A DNA stretch of 64,000 bases from Octopus sinensis (GCF_006345805.1 NC_043018.1:1612001-1676000); one strand, 5' to 3'; shown: positions 40,380 through 55,661, numbered from the stretch's first letter. The notes: generated from the letters alone by a model not told the origin. A program made the numbers and translations.

Positions 40380-40549
40380 ATATATATATATCGATTTATC
40401 TCCCCCTCCCTCTCTCTCTCCTCTCTCTACACACACACACATATATATATATATCATGTATACTATCAGGCTGAAGAGGGAACGAGAATCAACGTGACAA
40501 TACGAAACCTTAGGCGGGAGAGAGGAGAAAAGGAAGGTAGCTGCTACTG

Positions 40550-40787
40550 TTACTACTAATGCTACTACTACTACTACTACTACTACTATTACTACTACTA
40601 CTACTGCTGCAGCTGCTGCCACTGCTAATAATTCAATGCTAATTATACCGACATTACGCGTACAGTAAACAATAGGGAAATATTATCACTACTGATAAAA
40701 TACTTCTACAAGTTCAAGCTGTAATGGTACTAGTTACAAGTACTACTGGTTGCACAAGCAGCATCAGCGGCAGTGGCAGCAACACTT

Positions 40788-40827
<40 letters not shown>

Positions 40828-41667
40828 CAGTAGCATTAGTAGTAGTAGTAACAGAAGTGGAGGTGATCTACTACTTGTGATTGCTGCTTACATCTAATAT
40901 TTGTCTGAAGATACTACTACTAATACTACTACCACAACTACTACTACTACCACAACTACTACTACTACCACAACTACTACTACTACTACTATGGAGTTGC
41001 TTCTACTGCTGCTGCTTCTACTGCTACTTTTGCTACTGCTGCAGCGTTGATGACAACGCCGAAGGTATCAGCGACTTCTATTCTTATTGTTGTTACCAGC
41101 AGCCATAACAAAAGCCGTAATTACACCAGTTTATCAATGTTACTAATAATAACGACAGCAACCGTGATGATGTTGGTGAGGGTGATGATGATGAGGAGGA
41201 GGAGGAGGAGGAGGATGGTGATGATGATGAATACGACGACTATGATGATGTTGACAATAATGATAAGGATGATGATGATGATGATGACGACGACGATGAT
41301 GGTGATGTTGATGACTCTGATGATGTCGGTTATGACGATGGGGACGATGATGATGATGATGATGAGGAGGAGGAGGAGGAGGATGGTGAGATGATGATGA
41401 TGATGAATACGACGACTATGATGATGTTGACAATAATGATTGCAAGCAAGCAAGCAAGAAAGAAACTAAATATCGATCACAAGTCTGTGAACAATAACAA
41501 ATAACGATTTGTTCATTAGTTACGAGATCTTTCTTGCGAGGCAGGTAGAGTTAAGTCTCTTGCTTAAGGACACAAAACAATTACAGACGAAAGCTTCTAG
41601 ACGGCAATTACCGCGGCAGTTCTCGGAATATAACGGACAATCATGTAGTTGCAGTAGTAGTAGTGTG

Positions 41668-41710
<43 letters not shown>

Positions 41711-41735
41711 CAATAGCAGTAGTAGTAGTAGTAGC

Positions 41736-41770
<35 letters not shown>

Positions 41771-41900
41771 CAGCAGTAGTAGTAGTAGTAGTAGTAGTAG
41801 AGACAGAAGAAGCAGCAGGAGCATCAGTAGCAGCAGCAGTTGCAGCAGTAGTAGTAGTAGTAGTAGTAGTTTTGTTGTTGTTGTTGTTGTTGTTGTAGCA
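40550..41900. repeat. Compound (ACT/AGT/GAT/GAG/GTT)n trinucleotide field
   Basis: Direct reading; includes a ~78-bp block duplicated at ~41186 and ~41356. Confidence 0.92.
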
Positions 41901-42367
41901 GCAGTCTGAATATCAGTTGAAGCAGCAGCAGCCATAGTAGCAACGTCTTGCGGTGTTTAACGACATTCCTTTCTTCCTCCACTCTGACTTCCGGTTTATT
42001 TTCCATCCTCTCGGTACCAGTAATGTACTTGGGTTAATATATTAGCAATTACCGTTCGACCGGAAAGTATTGTGAGTGCGTTGTAAAGATTGCTTTGAAG
42101 CATTTTTTTCTTTTTTTCACCACTTTACGTTCTGAGATTTCAAATCCTGCTTGGGTGAACTTTGCTTTTAATTCCTCCAGGGGTGATAAAACATAAAGGA
42201 CGAGTCCATTACAAAATTCAGGTTATCGACGTGATCGACTGACCCCCATCCCCCAGTCGCCCCTACCGGTTCAGTCTCAAACATTGATGGAATCATGCTT
42301 AAATTAGAGAGAGAACTTCGGTTTAGGTGTTCTATAGAAAACCCGATAATGCTCTGTTTTTTATGAT

Positions 42368-42760
42368 GTATTTGTGTGAAAAGTCTGGCTGCATACTCGT
42401 TATCATATGTCAGATGCATCCAATTGACAACACAGTTAATTAAGGTTTATTCAGTGAGTTCTATTCAGCACTTGTTTGCACGTGGAATCCATTAGATGAA
42501 GTCATTTTCAAAGTTTTGGCCGATAAAGTTGAACTGAAAAACCCTACAACGAGGCATGACTTGCACGAAGCCGTCTTGCAGTCTTGGGAAGAGCTATCAG
42601 AGCGGAAAATTCGTGGATGTATTCAACATCAAGCTCGTGTTCGGTGTCATATAGTTGACTGTCGTGGTGGTAACAGATTCGTTTAATAAATTTTGTGTTT
42701 ATATTTGTTTCATAATATATATTTTTTTCGGGTGCAGCCAGACTTTTCAGACAGAGGTAT
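42368..42760 (+). mobile_element. Internally deleted Tc1-like element with TIR remnants
   Basis: GAAAAGTCTGGCTGCA (42378-42393) and TGCAGCCAGACTTTTC (42733-42748); NPLDEVIF../TTRHDLHEAVLQSWEEL..VDCRGGN C-terminus. Confidence 0.78.
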
Positions 42761-43990
42761 TATCTAAGATGTCTAGGCGCAAGTGTGGCTGCATAGTTAA
42801 GACTCTCGCTTTGTAACCAAGTGGTTTCAAGTTCAATCATATCTGTGTGCCTGTGTTTGTCCTCCTCCACTGTGTAACAATCGGTGCTATATTGCTTGTG
42901 TCACCTAACATAGTGCATCATCAAAAGAAAATGGCACAATAAACGCTAGACTTTAAAATTATCTACAGGTATTGATTTGTTTCACTAAAACACTTCAAGG
43001 TGGCGCTCCAACATGGCTGCATTCCAATGATTGAAAAATGTACAAGAGAAAATAATAAAAGACAATTTTCTTTCGCTATTTATTTTAATTAGCCTTTTAA
43101 CTACATAATTAATACTGATTGAAAATTTTGGCACGAGGCCAGCAATTTCATAAGAGAGGGTCCTAGGCAATTACATTGACCCCATTGTTCAACTGGTACT
43201 TATTTTATAGACCCCGAAAGGATGAAAAACAAAGTCTACCTGAGCATAATTTAAACTCAGAACTTCAAGACGGACGAAAAACCGCTAAGCATTTCGTCCG
43301 GCGTGCTAACAATTCAGCCAAATCGCCACCTTTACTACGTAATTATTTCAACGTTCCGCCTACCTCACGTCGTTGACACCGCTCTCCCTCTTTTCTCATG
43401 CTCTCTTTCTTTCTCCCTGTTTTCTTTCACCCCTTTCCTCACTCGTCCTTTGCCGTTCCCTTCAACTAATCACACAACAGTGTAACGCATCTCGGCCTTA
43501 GTTCATTAATATAAACTTAATGTTACGCGACTGTCACAGCCTCATCATCAGGATGTGTCGTAATATTCCTGCATGCGACTATTTGTTTGCTCCAAGGTAC
43601 GGTAAGCGATTGCAATTTGTGAAGTCATTATCGATTAATTCCTTTCGCCGTTATCCTCGGAAATTGAAATGAGAACATTAGATTTAGGCGTCGGTAATCC
43701 CTTTTTTAATATCTTTATAACATAAAGTGTGTTGTGGCTGCTTTTATTTCAACATTGTACAGTTTTATGGGTAAAAGCTACAACATCAACCCTCTACATG
43801 TATATACAAGAACAACAGCAATAACACCAAAAACTACTACTAATAATAATAATATTACTACTGCTGTTTTGGCTGCCGCTTCGGCTACTGCTGCTGCTAC
43901 TAAAACTACAACTTGTTGGAGTGTAACTATTAATACAGCTAAAGTAAAACAGTAGTAGTAGTAGTGGTAGTGGTAGTAGTAGTAGTAGTG

Positions 43991-44039
<49 letters not shown>

Positions 44040-45196
44040 CCGAATCGAACAGCTGGAATATTTCTGGTATAAACATACGAAATACCAATTTACTGTACGC
44101 TGTGGAGTTTTTAAACTTTCTTGTTTATAGCTATTTTTTTTCTTTTGTTTTTACAATGTGCACTGAATGACCCCTCAGCCATTAATATAGTCTCTTTATC
44201 CGCAATAAGGAAACTGTCATGTGTATAACTCGCTGTATGATTGTATGTCATGGTTTATGTGTGGTTGCATGCCTGTCTGTTTGGCTGGGCGTCTGTATGT
44301 GAGCGTGTCTGTGTGACTGTATGTCTGTATATCTGTGTCTATATGTTTGTGTCTATATGTCTGTGTCTCTATGTCTGTGTCTGTATGCCTGAGTGTCTGA
44401 ATAGCTAGGTGTCTGTATGTCGGTATGTGTCTGTGTCCCTTTCCAGTTCAATATCATTAACTTTGATGGTGAAAAACTAAATTTAAAAACAACGAGTAAT
44501 GAAATTGAATAAATAAATAAATACCAAAAAGAATCGCAGAATTAAGCGAGATCCCCGACTAAAGCAACAGTAGTTATTACGGTTCTGTAGAAACAATACC
44601 AATTCTTGAACGCATATGGCGGGAAAACACACCGAAAGCCTTGTAGGTGGCGGTGAAGCAACTTCGTTATTTATCGTTATTTGATGGGGGTTTTTTTCCT
44701 ATGTTCTTTAAACTTGTTCCAGACATCCCTAGATTGAAGTCAATAAGCGAAGAAGAGAAAACTATTGTTATATATTTGTTTTTATTGTTGGGTTTTTGGT
44801 TTGTGGTTGATTGTGAAGTTTTTCTTCTTGAATTCTAACCCCAATTTAAAAATAGTTGGAAACAAAACGCCATAATTAGATAGACGCATGAAATGTGAAA
44901 GAAGGTGCGTATGGTTACCGAAACAAAAGATATATAAAATATAAATATATATGTCCGTATGTCCGTATGTTCTTATGTATCTATGTATGTAATACCATTA
45001 GGAGGGAATATAGCAAGGTTCGGTACAAGTAGCAAAGGAGTTTAACAACATTAAGAATGAAAGAGAAAACAAATGCGATAGGAAACGAAAAACAAAAACC
45101 CAAATACAAACATAAAACAAACCATTTTGCATAAAGAGTACAGAGACGTATACATACTCATATATATATATGAACATGTATATGTATATATATATC

Positions 45197-45244
<48 letters not shown>

Positions 45245-46181
45245 CATACATTATCTATGTCTGTATGTGTGCGCATATATACACATATATATATGCATAT
45301 ATATATATACATACATATGTATATGTATATATATATGCATATATATATACATAGTACATGTATATAATATACATATATATACCCTATATATATTACATAT
45401 ATATATAACATACATATATATACATATATATATATACATACATATATAACATATATATACACACATATTATATTACATCTATATATATGTATATATGTAC
45501 ATATATATATATGTATTATGTACATATATATATATGTATATATGTATATACATATATATATGTATATATATACATATGTATATATATATATGTGTGTGTG
45601 TGTGTGTTGTGTGGTGTGTATGTATGTATACACATATATGCATATATATATATATATATATATATACGTATGTAAGGAGAAAGATTATTTTGTCTTTCAT
45701 GGTGTATTTATCCGATACTTTAACTTCCATTCTCTAACATTACGGTTAAAAGATTGTCCAAGCAAAAAGACTTTGAAAGCGGGTAATTGCTTCGGGGCTG
45801 TTGGCTGTCGGAATCGATCTATCAGAATTGTTGGGGACTGATTGATTAAAAAGTGTATAAAAAGTCAAGAAAAATACCTAAAAGTAAGTTTCTGGACTTT
45901 AATAATGAAAAATAAGAGAATTTTTGTCGACGTTCTTCTGTTTGTTGCCTTTGTTTAGTTATCGTTGCGTGTCGTTGTCTGAAAGAAAAATTCCTTCTAC
46001 GGCACACCTGAAAGGAATTAGAGAATGAGGAAAGAAAGAAAGAAAGGAACGAGAGAGAAGAAGAATACAAGAATGAACAATAATAGGAAAAAGCTAGAAA
46101 GAAGTGAAAACCCGAAATGAAATTAGCGCTGCTGACAGATCGATCGGTTCACTGTTTTATTTCTATCATTGTTGTGCGTGT

Positions 46182-46253
<72 letters not shown>

Positions 46254-46395
46254 GTTTTCCTTGGAAATTTTCTTAATGTTGTCAAACGAAGACTGTACTT
46301 TGTAAATTCGTTTCCCCAAGGGTGACATGGATATAAGGTTGGACTTGTTAATTACAGATCTCTAAACGCAAAAGCAAACTAATAATAATAATAAC

Positions 46396-46430
<35 letters not shown>

Positions 46431-46976
46431 TAACAACAATAACAACAACAGAAAAAAACGAAAAAGGCAAACAAAAGCCGTCGTAAAATAAAGCGCAAAA
46501 ATAAAAACAACAACTAATGAAATGAAATAAAAGTGCGCGTTGATGATAATGTTGTGAACTGAATGAAAAGTCAAGCTTTTGACGTGCAAGGGAAACAACA
46601 ATGTCGAATAAGTAATAAAAACAAAAAGAATATTATAAACAAAACGAAATGACGAAAATAAAAAAAAGAGTAATCAGAGTATAATAGGTGATAGCATTCA
46701 TGCAACTTACATATAATAAACCACGTCGCTAACGACATACGGACGTGCATACACGCATACAAATACACAGACACACACACACACAGACACACACACACAC
46801 ACACTATATATATATATATATATATATATATTAGTATATATCCATATATCTTTATTACTAATTATATACATATCTATTTGTATGAATATATATAGTTATA
46901 TAAATGTATATATTATATATATATATATATGGCGGTGCCTCAGCATGGCGACAGCTCGTGAGCTGAAACTAGATAA

Positions 46977-47027
<51 letters not shown>

Positions 47028-47039
47028 TTAGTATATATC

Positions 47040-47193
47040 TGTCTTTCCCTTCTCTGGATCTTTCCTTCTCCCATGTTTCCGACGAAGAGCTCTGCTCGAA
47101 ACGTTAAACCCTCCTTTTTCCTGAGCGTCCAATAATACTATATTGTTCCACATCATTGCGTTTTTGTGCTATTTTGTGCTTTCTTGTTTGGAT

Positions 47194-47200
<7 letters not shown>
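47040..47200 (+). mobile_element. Penelope-like terminal-repeat-type repeat containing a hammerhead motif (47075-47109)
   Basis: GUUU-CCGACGA-A-GAGC-UCU-GCUC-GAAA-CG-U-U-AAAC; homologous to 20715-20880. Confidence 0.65.
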
Positions 47201-47272
<72 letters not shown>

Positions 47273-47273
47273 A

Positions 47274-47304
<31 letters not shown>

Positions 47305-47337
47305 CACATATATATGTATATATATATATATATATAT

Positions 47338-47550
47338 ATTTCTTTATTACCCACGGGGCTAAACACAGAGAGGACAAACAAGGACAGACAAACGGATTAA
47401 GTCGATTATATCGCCCCCACTGCGTAACTGGTACTTAATTTATAAACTCCGAAAGGTTGAAAGGCAAAGTCGACCTCAGCGGAATTTGAACTCCTAAAGT
47501 AACAACAGACGAAATACGGCGTGCTAACGTTTCTGCCAGCTCGCCGCCTT
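47338..47550 (-). mobile_element. SINE family B with internal deletion
   Basis: Matches 957-1179; lacks ~20 bp of the head. Confidence 0.85.
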
Positions 47551-47609
47551 TATACATATATATATATATATATATACTTTATTTAAAGCAGCAGGAAATT
47601 CAACAAAAC

Positions 47610-47647
47610 CTGTTACTCTGAGTTTCCCGTTGCCGTTCATCGGACAG
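47610..47647 (-). ncRNA. Minimal hammerhead-like motif (CCGAUGA core) inside an 18-bp inverted repeat
   Basis: CUGU-CCGAUGA-A.CG-GCAA-CG.G-GAAA-CUCAGAG-U-A-ACAG; CTTTATTTAAAGCAGCAG at 47577-47594, reverse complement at 47652-47669. Confidence 0.5.
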
Positions 47648-48879
47648 TTTTCTGCTGCTTTAAATAAAGCATATTACTCTATCACTGGTATTTGAGTCCT
47701 CTTTTTTCCACCTTGTTTCACATTTATGTGTTTATTCCGATATATATATATATACATACCAATTATATAATCCATTTTGTATAACAATGATAAGAATATT
47801 TTCAAACAGCAGCACAAATCCTAAAATTTTCAGGGCTGGGTAAGACAGACAGACAGACAAACAGACAGGCAGAAAGACAGACAGACAGAAAAATAGATAG
47901 ATAGATTGACGGACAAATTGATAGATAGATAGATACATACATACATACATACATATATACATACATACAAACATACATATATACATGCAACACATGCATA
48001 ATACATACATATATAAATACATAGCCATGAGGCACAAACATTGGGATGCACTCCATTGTTATAGATATAGAATAAATAAGAAATGTTAAATCAATTTAAA
48101 TTAAATTACATATATATATGTAATATATGTGACGTTTTGTGTCGCAGAAAATATGCGTGTTTGTTTAAGCACGTTTATTGTTAATATATTTCTCTTCGTC
48201 ACGTTTTTGTATATAATATATTTGTAATTCTGTTATATATACATTTATTTATTACTGCATTTGATAGCCTCATTTTCAAAAAAAAAAAAAAATGGTGGTG
48301 GAGGAACATCTACAAGACACATGACAATTATGAATAATAAATAAGATAGGAATTGGCATAATTGAGGGGAATTTCAATAACCGTAAACATTGCGAAGATA
48401 TAAGAACAAAAAGGCAGTTCATTTGCCATGAGAATATCATGTGTTTACACTATTCCTGGGGGAAGTTAATAATGGAATTTTCTTCACATACATACACAAA
48501 CATAAAAGAACACGCGATCATATGCACACAAGTATATTATTATTGAGTGAGAGAACAGTGCATGCCATCAAAATGACACTGGGGTAAAATATATGAAGCC
48601 CAGTATATCCATCCCAACTACGCGTCTGATAAGAGTACACCAAGCACATGCATCACACATATGTGTGCGACATGGTGATCTCGTATCAAAATAGATAGCG
48701 CATGAACTGTATTTTCTTGAGATCGAGTACTCCATCCCGCTCAGATTGGATGCTTCATGATGTTTAAGGATTGTTTTAGGATGTTGAACGAAATACCCAT
48801 ATTTCCAGAGGTGAATTATCCAAACTCCAGAGCGTTCTTCTCGGCATATGGTTATGATGCTCGTTCGGCAAAATGGGGG

Positions 48880-49151
48880 TATTGGTGTGGGGGGGGTGGT
48901 GGGGTGCGGGGTGGGTTGGTGGTTGGTGGTGGTGGTTTTGGTGGAGGCGGTGATGGTAGTAGTGGTGGTGGTGGTGTTGATGGGGGTGGTGGTGGTGGTG
49001 GTGGTTGCGATGGTGGTGGCGGCGGTGGTAGTGGCATAGATGTTAAAGATGATATCGAATTCCATGATGAAGTCGATGATGATGATGATGATGGTGGTGA
49101 TCAGCAACGTGCGAAATGTGAGTGTGTATGTATATGTGTGTACATGTATCG

Positions 49152-49186
<35 letters not shown>

Positions 49187-50050
49187 CGTGCGCGTATGTG
49201 TATGCATATATGTGTATGTATAAAACGGTTGAACCACACTTAATCACTAAAGGATCGGCCCATCACCTCCTGCCCCGCCGGGCGGATAACCAGAACGTTT
49301 CTGCGGTGGTCATCAAGCCAGCCTCATTAATTTCCCGCTTACTCTTAATTAATGGATGGTTTTATTAAATAATTCACGAAACCGTGACCCTTCCAGTGAG
49401 AAAACTCAGGTCTCATCTTCATTCTTCATTTGGCTGGTTCTTCTATATCAACAGTGGTGGAGGCAGATGAGTCTCTGGTAATGGTGGTGGTGGTGGTGGT
49501 GGTGGTGGTGATGGTGGTAGTGGTGGAGATGGTAGAGGTGGTAGTGATTCTACTGGTGGTAGTGGTGATTCCAATGGTGATGGTAGAGGTGATGGTGGTG
49601 GTGGTTGAAGTGTTGGTAGTGGGGTTAGTGATGATACTAATAATGATGGTAGAGGTGGTGGTAGTGGTGGTAGTGTTGGCAGTGGTGGTGATCGTAGTGG
49701 TGGTAGTCATGGTAGTGGTGGTGATGGTATTGGTGGTAGTGGTGATACTAATGGTGATGGTAGTGATGATGGTGGTGGTAGTGGTGATTGCAATGATGAT
49801 GGTAGAGGTGATGGTGGTTGTGGTTGAGGTGTTGGTAGTGGTGGTAGTGTTGTTGTTGGTGGTGGTGGTGTTGTTTGTGTCTGTGTTTTGGGTGGTTGTG
49901 ATGGTGACGGTGATGGTGGTCGTGATGGCAGTGAAGGTGGTAGTCGTGGTGTGGATGCTGTGTGTCCATGGTGACGATAATAATTACTATGATGATGATG
50001 ATGATGATAATGTTCATGGTGATGATGACCACCATGATGGTGGTGTTACT
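48880..50050. repeat. Imperfect (GGT/GAT)n fields
   Basis: Direct reading; interrupted by unique DNA at 49.2-49.45 kb. Confidence 0.9.
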
Positions 50051-50073
50051 AATAAACTATGATGACCTCAACT

Positions 50074-50129
<56 letters not shown>

Positions 50130-50769
50130 TTTAATTATTATTTTTGTACCGTCGTATTCATTTCATCATTTATTCTTATATACAAATTTTTTTCCTCACT
50201 AATTAAATCTAATGAAGCAAATTGTTCGCCAGGCTAAGGTTAATGATATCATTTAGCAACCGGTTTTATACGCGACGATGCGGACGAGACTTGTATGGAC
50301 ATGTGACAGAGACAAATCTATGTCACACGCACGCGCACACACACATACATACGCGATGGCACATATGCATACAAACACACAAATACACGCACGCTCAAAC
50401 TAACACTCGCACATACATATATATATATATATATACGCACACACATGCACATACATGCATAAGCACAGGCACACACATATACACATAGGCATGAACAAAC
50501 AAATACACATACAGACACACAAACACATGCATGCACACATGTACATACACACACTTTCACAGAAGCATACATTCACACATACAGACACACACATACACAT
50601 ATACACACATGTAAACACATATACATACTCATATACATACAAACACGCACATCCATATACCCATACACACACGCTTATAATACTAACGCACTGACACACA
50701 TACAAGCTCATGCAGATGCACACACATACTAGTGTATACAGGAATACATTCACATACTATTAATACAGT

Positions 50770-50829
<60 letters not shown>

Positions 50830-50861
50830 CATGTATATTATTAATATCCATATTCAATCCC

Positions 50862-50956
50862 ACTGCTTGGCACCTTGGACGTCTTCTGATATAGCCTAGG
50901 GCCGACCAAAACTTTGTGAGTGGACTTGGTAGACGGAAACTGAAAGAAGCCCATCG

Positions 50957-51020
<64 letters not shown>

Positions 51021-51280
51021 TGTGTGTGTGCATGTATGTATATGTGTTTGCGTGTGTTTGTGTTTGTGTATGTGTCTATGCCCGCACCATCGCTGGACAA
51101 CCAATGCTGGTGTGTTTACGTCCCCCGTAACTTAGCGGTTCGGCAAAAGTGACCGCTAGAATGTGTGCTAGGCTTACAAAGAATAAGTCCTTGGGTCGAT
51201 TTGTTCGACTAAAAAAAAAGGTGGTGCTCCAGCATAGGCACAGTGAAAAATGACTGAAACATGTAAAAGAACAAAAGAAT
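50862..51280 (+). mobile_element. 5'-truncated SINE family C
   Basis: Starts at CCACTGCTTGGCACCTTGG; internal (TA)(TG); tail GTAAAAGAACAAAAGAA. Confidence 0.8.
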
Positions 51281-51362
51281 AACCACACACGCGTACTACT
51301 ACTACTACTACTATACTACTACTACTACTACTGCTACTGCTGCTGCTGCTGCTGCTGTACTA

Positions 51363-51405
<43 letters not shown>

Positions 51406-52527
51406 GCTGCTATTACTACTACTACTACTGCTGCTGCTGCTATTACTACTACTACTACTACCACCACCTCCGCCACATATGCAGCTAATACACTAGTGCC
51501 CGCACACACATTAACAGACATACATACACACACGCACACGCAAACACACTGGTTACTATAGACTACACACATATACAGTAACACATACATACACACACAC
51601 TAAAAGAAATAGATTAATACACACACACACACAATAACATATAGATGCATATTAATGCATACGCTAATACAGACACACATTCACACACTAAGATACGCAC
51701 ACATACACACGCTCCCACAAACTGAGACACATACACTCACACACACTGATATAATTAATGTACCCACTAATATAATTTATCACACACATTCACACACACT
51801 CAGTACCACACACAACGAATACACACATTAACACAAACACACAGACACGAACGCAAACACATTAACACACAAACTAACTCATGCACACACACACACTAAC
51901 ACACACGCACACACACACACGTTCTTACACACTCGCATTAACGCTCTAAGACATACACACATACAGTCAGACACAAACACACATAGGCTAACGCATACAC
52001 ACATACACTCAGACGTAAACACACATATATAAGAACACAGGCACACGCAAACACATACATACAACACAGGCACACACCCATACACTAATATACACATACA
52101 TTAACGCACACATACGGACACAGACACACATCAACAAACATTTGCATATACTAACACACACACGATATACACTCACACACAGGCACACACTTACACTTGT
52201 ACACATGCGCACATAAGTGTGGTAAAGATGGCAGTGAAACCGGAAATAAAGCGGCAGAGAAAATAGTTGATCAAAGGAGAATGATGGAGTGAAGTATTAT
52301 CATTTGTCGGACATTAAACTAGTTGTCCAGATGTGATGGTCGGTTTCACAGAGATTTCGGACACGACTGAGGCCTGTAGATGGACTTTCAGATAACACCG
52401 CTATGTGTGCTTGTATGTGTGTGCGTGTGTGTGTGTATGTATGTAACTGTACACATACAGTGTCCGTGTGTGTACATATATACAAAAATATATTTACTCA
52501 TGTACTCGTGTGTTCACACACATATAC

Positions 52528-52561
<34 letters not shown>

Positions 52562-53252
52562 ATATAATATTATATATATTATTATATATAATATTATACA
52601 TATTTTTCATAATACATATGTTTGTGTATATATATATATTGTGTATATACATACACGTATGAATATATATTTAAAGCCGTATGTATACATATATGCACAT
52701 ATATATATACATACATACTTTGACATATATAAACATAAATATATATGCATCTATATATACATGTATTTGTGTGTATGTATGTCTGTGTATATATATGTGT
52801 GTGTGTATTACATATATGTGTGTGTATACAGTTATGTGTGTATGCATATATGTATTCGTGGGTGAGTGCACGTATGTATGTATATAAACAGACGAATGAG
52901 TTATCTCCATTTGCTTCATTAAGAGTCTTTATTGTGGGATTGGAATAATATAGCTGATTAGATTACATAATATGTTACATATCTACCAACTCCTCAGGCC
53001 ACTAAATAAGCAACATATATGAATATGTACATATGTTTATACACACACACATATGTGTGTTTGTGTTTCTGTGTATGAGTGTGTGTGTACGTGTGTGTGT
53101 GTGTGTATACACAGAAAATTGTTACCCGGTCAAATATATTTGAGGTATAGTCGAACCCCGTAAAAAGGGTATTCACCGTTTTGTTATGAAGAACATTTCT
53201 CGCTGTTGACAAATGACTGTAAATGCACCGAATCAGTTAGCGGCGTCACCTA

Positions 53253-53430
53253 ACGTTAAAGAAAGAAAAAAAGAATGATTTCACGTTAGTTAATGAAAGA
53301 AAAAAAACGATTTCATGTTCATGAAAAAGACAAAAACAATCTCACGTTACGTTAAAGAAGAAAAACACGATTTCACGTTAAAGAAAAAATAAACGATTTT
53401 ACGTTAAAGAGAGAGAAAAACGATTTTACT
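53253..53430. repeat. Degenerate ~25-30-bp minisatellite CGATTTCACGTTAAAGAAAAAA
   Basis: About six variable units seen directly. Confidence 0.8.
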
Positions 53431-54067
53431 CTGGATATGGAAGTAGAATTTCAAGCAGAAAGATTAGTATATAATTTCATTTTTAATAATCCACGTTAAG
53501 TTGAATTTTATACCCCAAACTTAGCAAAAAAACTCTAGCATTTCACCTACTTCTGCGTTTCATATAATAACGACACAAACGAACACCCGTTCATATTTCG
53601 AGCCACAGCGTCACAACGTAAAGAATCGTACGAAAATATTTGCGCAAAGCCTCATGATTACCGCTTTCTTAGCAGGCATTCCCTGACGGTTAGATGCATG
53701 TATTTCGGAGTAATTGTCTCCTCTTCTGCAACAGATAACGGAGCTACAGCGAGAGACCACACCTCTTTTATAATATTCCCGTCTTCGTAAAATGACTGGC
53801 AGCATTACTCAGCGAGTCACTGTAATTAAAACGGGTTGACAGCACTAAGCAGTGGTGTGTATAAATACAAACTTATCAACAGTTTTTAATTCGCTGATTC
53901 TTTTATTTCCATAACGATCCGCTTAAGCAGATGTGATGTGCTTCACATCTAGAATGCGATACATGCGATATATACCCGAGTATAAAATCATTACCTATAC
54001 ATCTACATATATATATATGATGCATGTGTGTGTGCGTGTGTGTGTGAGTGCATACATGAATCTAGTT

Positions 54068-54240
54068 ATCTATTATATAAAATCCGTTCTGTCTGTCTGT
54101 CTGTGTTTTCTAGGATCTTGGGCATCCTTCATCCGATTGCGCTCAAATTTGATATGTAAGTACCGTCGGTATCAGGGTGCGTATAAGTCTTGAAAAATTG
54201 CAAAAATCGATTCCATGTGAGAATGCGATCGATAAAGCCG
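54068..54240. mobile_element. Helitron-like non-autonomous fragment
   Basis: TATCTATTATATAAAA..CTGTCTGTCTG..CATCCGATTGCGCTCAAATTTG; architecture like the A-type elements at 15-17 kb. Confidence 0.5.
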
Positions 54241-55661
54241 TTTTTGTCCTGCTTTTCTTCCGTCAACCTGTACATAACTGCACCTTCCATTTTTTGTTGT
54301 TTTTGTACTGCTTAAAGGCACGTTCTTTCCTGCCAAGCTTTCTGTTTAAACCATGTTTTGTTCTCCCAGTCAACAACCTTATCATACTGGTACTTAAACT
54401 CTTCGGTTGCATATTTGTGTGAATTAAAGTAGTTTCTTGGAATAGAAAAAAGTCTATCTTTATTTCTTCTTTTGCTGGTGTCTCAAATTTAGGTTAAATC
54501 AGTGTTTCTCGAAGGGGAGGCCTATGAGACGGTCGGACAAGTTGTTTTGAGAAAATTTGATTTAAATGTTTGACAACTCAGCACCGTCCATTTTGCTCGT
54601 ATATATATATATATATATATGGTGTGATTTCTTCATATATATACGTTTGTATATTGAAATAAAGGTTTGTGTGTATCTCTGTGCTTATACCTAAACAAAT
54701 TTGTTAGCTACGTGTGTATGTGAGTGTGTGTGTCTGTGTGTGAGCGTGCGCGTGTGTATATATACTTACACTGACATATGTGTGTGTGTGTCGCGTGACG
54801 CTGTAGAGTTTGGTATGCGTCTGTATATGTATATCTGTACGTTTATACGTGAGTGTGTGTGTGAGTGTTTGCATGCACGACCTGGTTACCGTGTTAACCG
54901 CTATGTAAATTCCAGGTTGACGTAAAGAGATCTTCCCATGCACTTAGTGACGTCTTCTGCAAGGAGATAAAGACATCGACAGACAAATCAACAGTTAAAC
55001 AAGGGAAACATACAACAAAAGTAAGAAAATAATATAACAACGTAAATATAATTCCCAACCCCAAACACCTATATAAATATGATCCGTGTGTTTCTTTTGT
55101 CCAGTCGTTTACCTATTAATCAATACCGACCTTCAGTTCTAAGCCCACAAACAAATAATACGGACACAGTGCAGGAATTCCCGGCGTACCTTTATTTACT
55201 TGTTTAACGAAATATGCACATAGCAGTTTGTCATGCTAGAAATAGCAACTAAATCTCTTCCAAATCACATTTTATTATCTTGTATGTGTATGCTAAGGAA
55301 CCAAGCTGACAAAATTGTTAGAGTGCCGGGAAAAATGCTTAGCGGCATGTCCGTTTTTAGGTTCTGAGTTCAAGTTCCCGCAGAAGTTCACATTTTGTTA
55401 GCATGCCGGGAAAACTGCTTAGCGGCATATCGTCTGTTCTCTCCGGCCGAGAGAATTTCGGTGTCAATAGAATGAGTACCAGATGAGTCCTGGGTTGTTG
55501 CAATCAGTTTACCCGCTTTCTTCAAAGGTGCTGGCCTTGTGCCAAAACTTGAAATCATTATTTTATATGTTCATATTATGAAGGCGAGCTGGCAGAATCG
55601 TTAGTACATATATACACACATACACATTCATACACACATATATGTAAATATATATACACAT

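Noticed and set aside
43510-43560. CUGAUGA plus stem on the minus strand; similar UUGACGA..GAAA near 29190-29225
   Set aside because: GAAA or helices missing; chance match cannot be excluded.
45880-46007. Minus-strand acceptor followed by CAVEGIFLSDNDTQR*
   Set aside because: Pyrimidine tract is a (CTTT)n repeat, peptide too short, no partner exons found.
53859-53866. TATAAATA promoter candidate; TAAT-rich cluster at ~49.34 kb
   Set aside because: Expected by chance in AT-rich DNA with no downstream gene.
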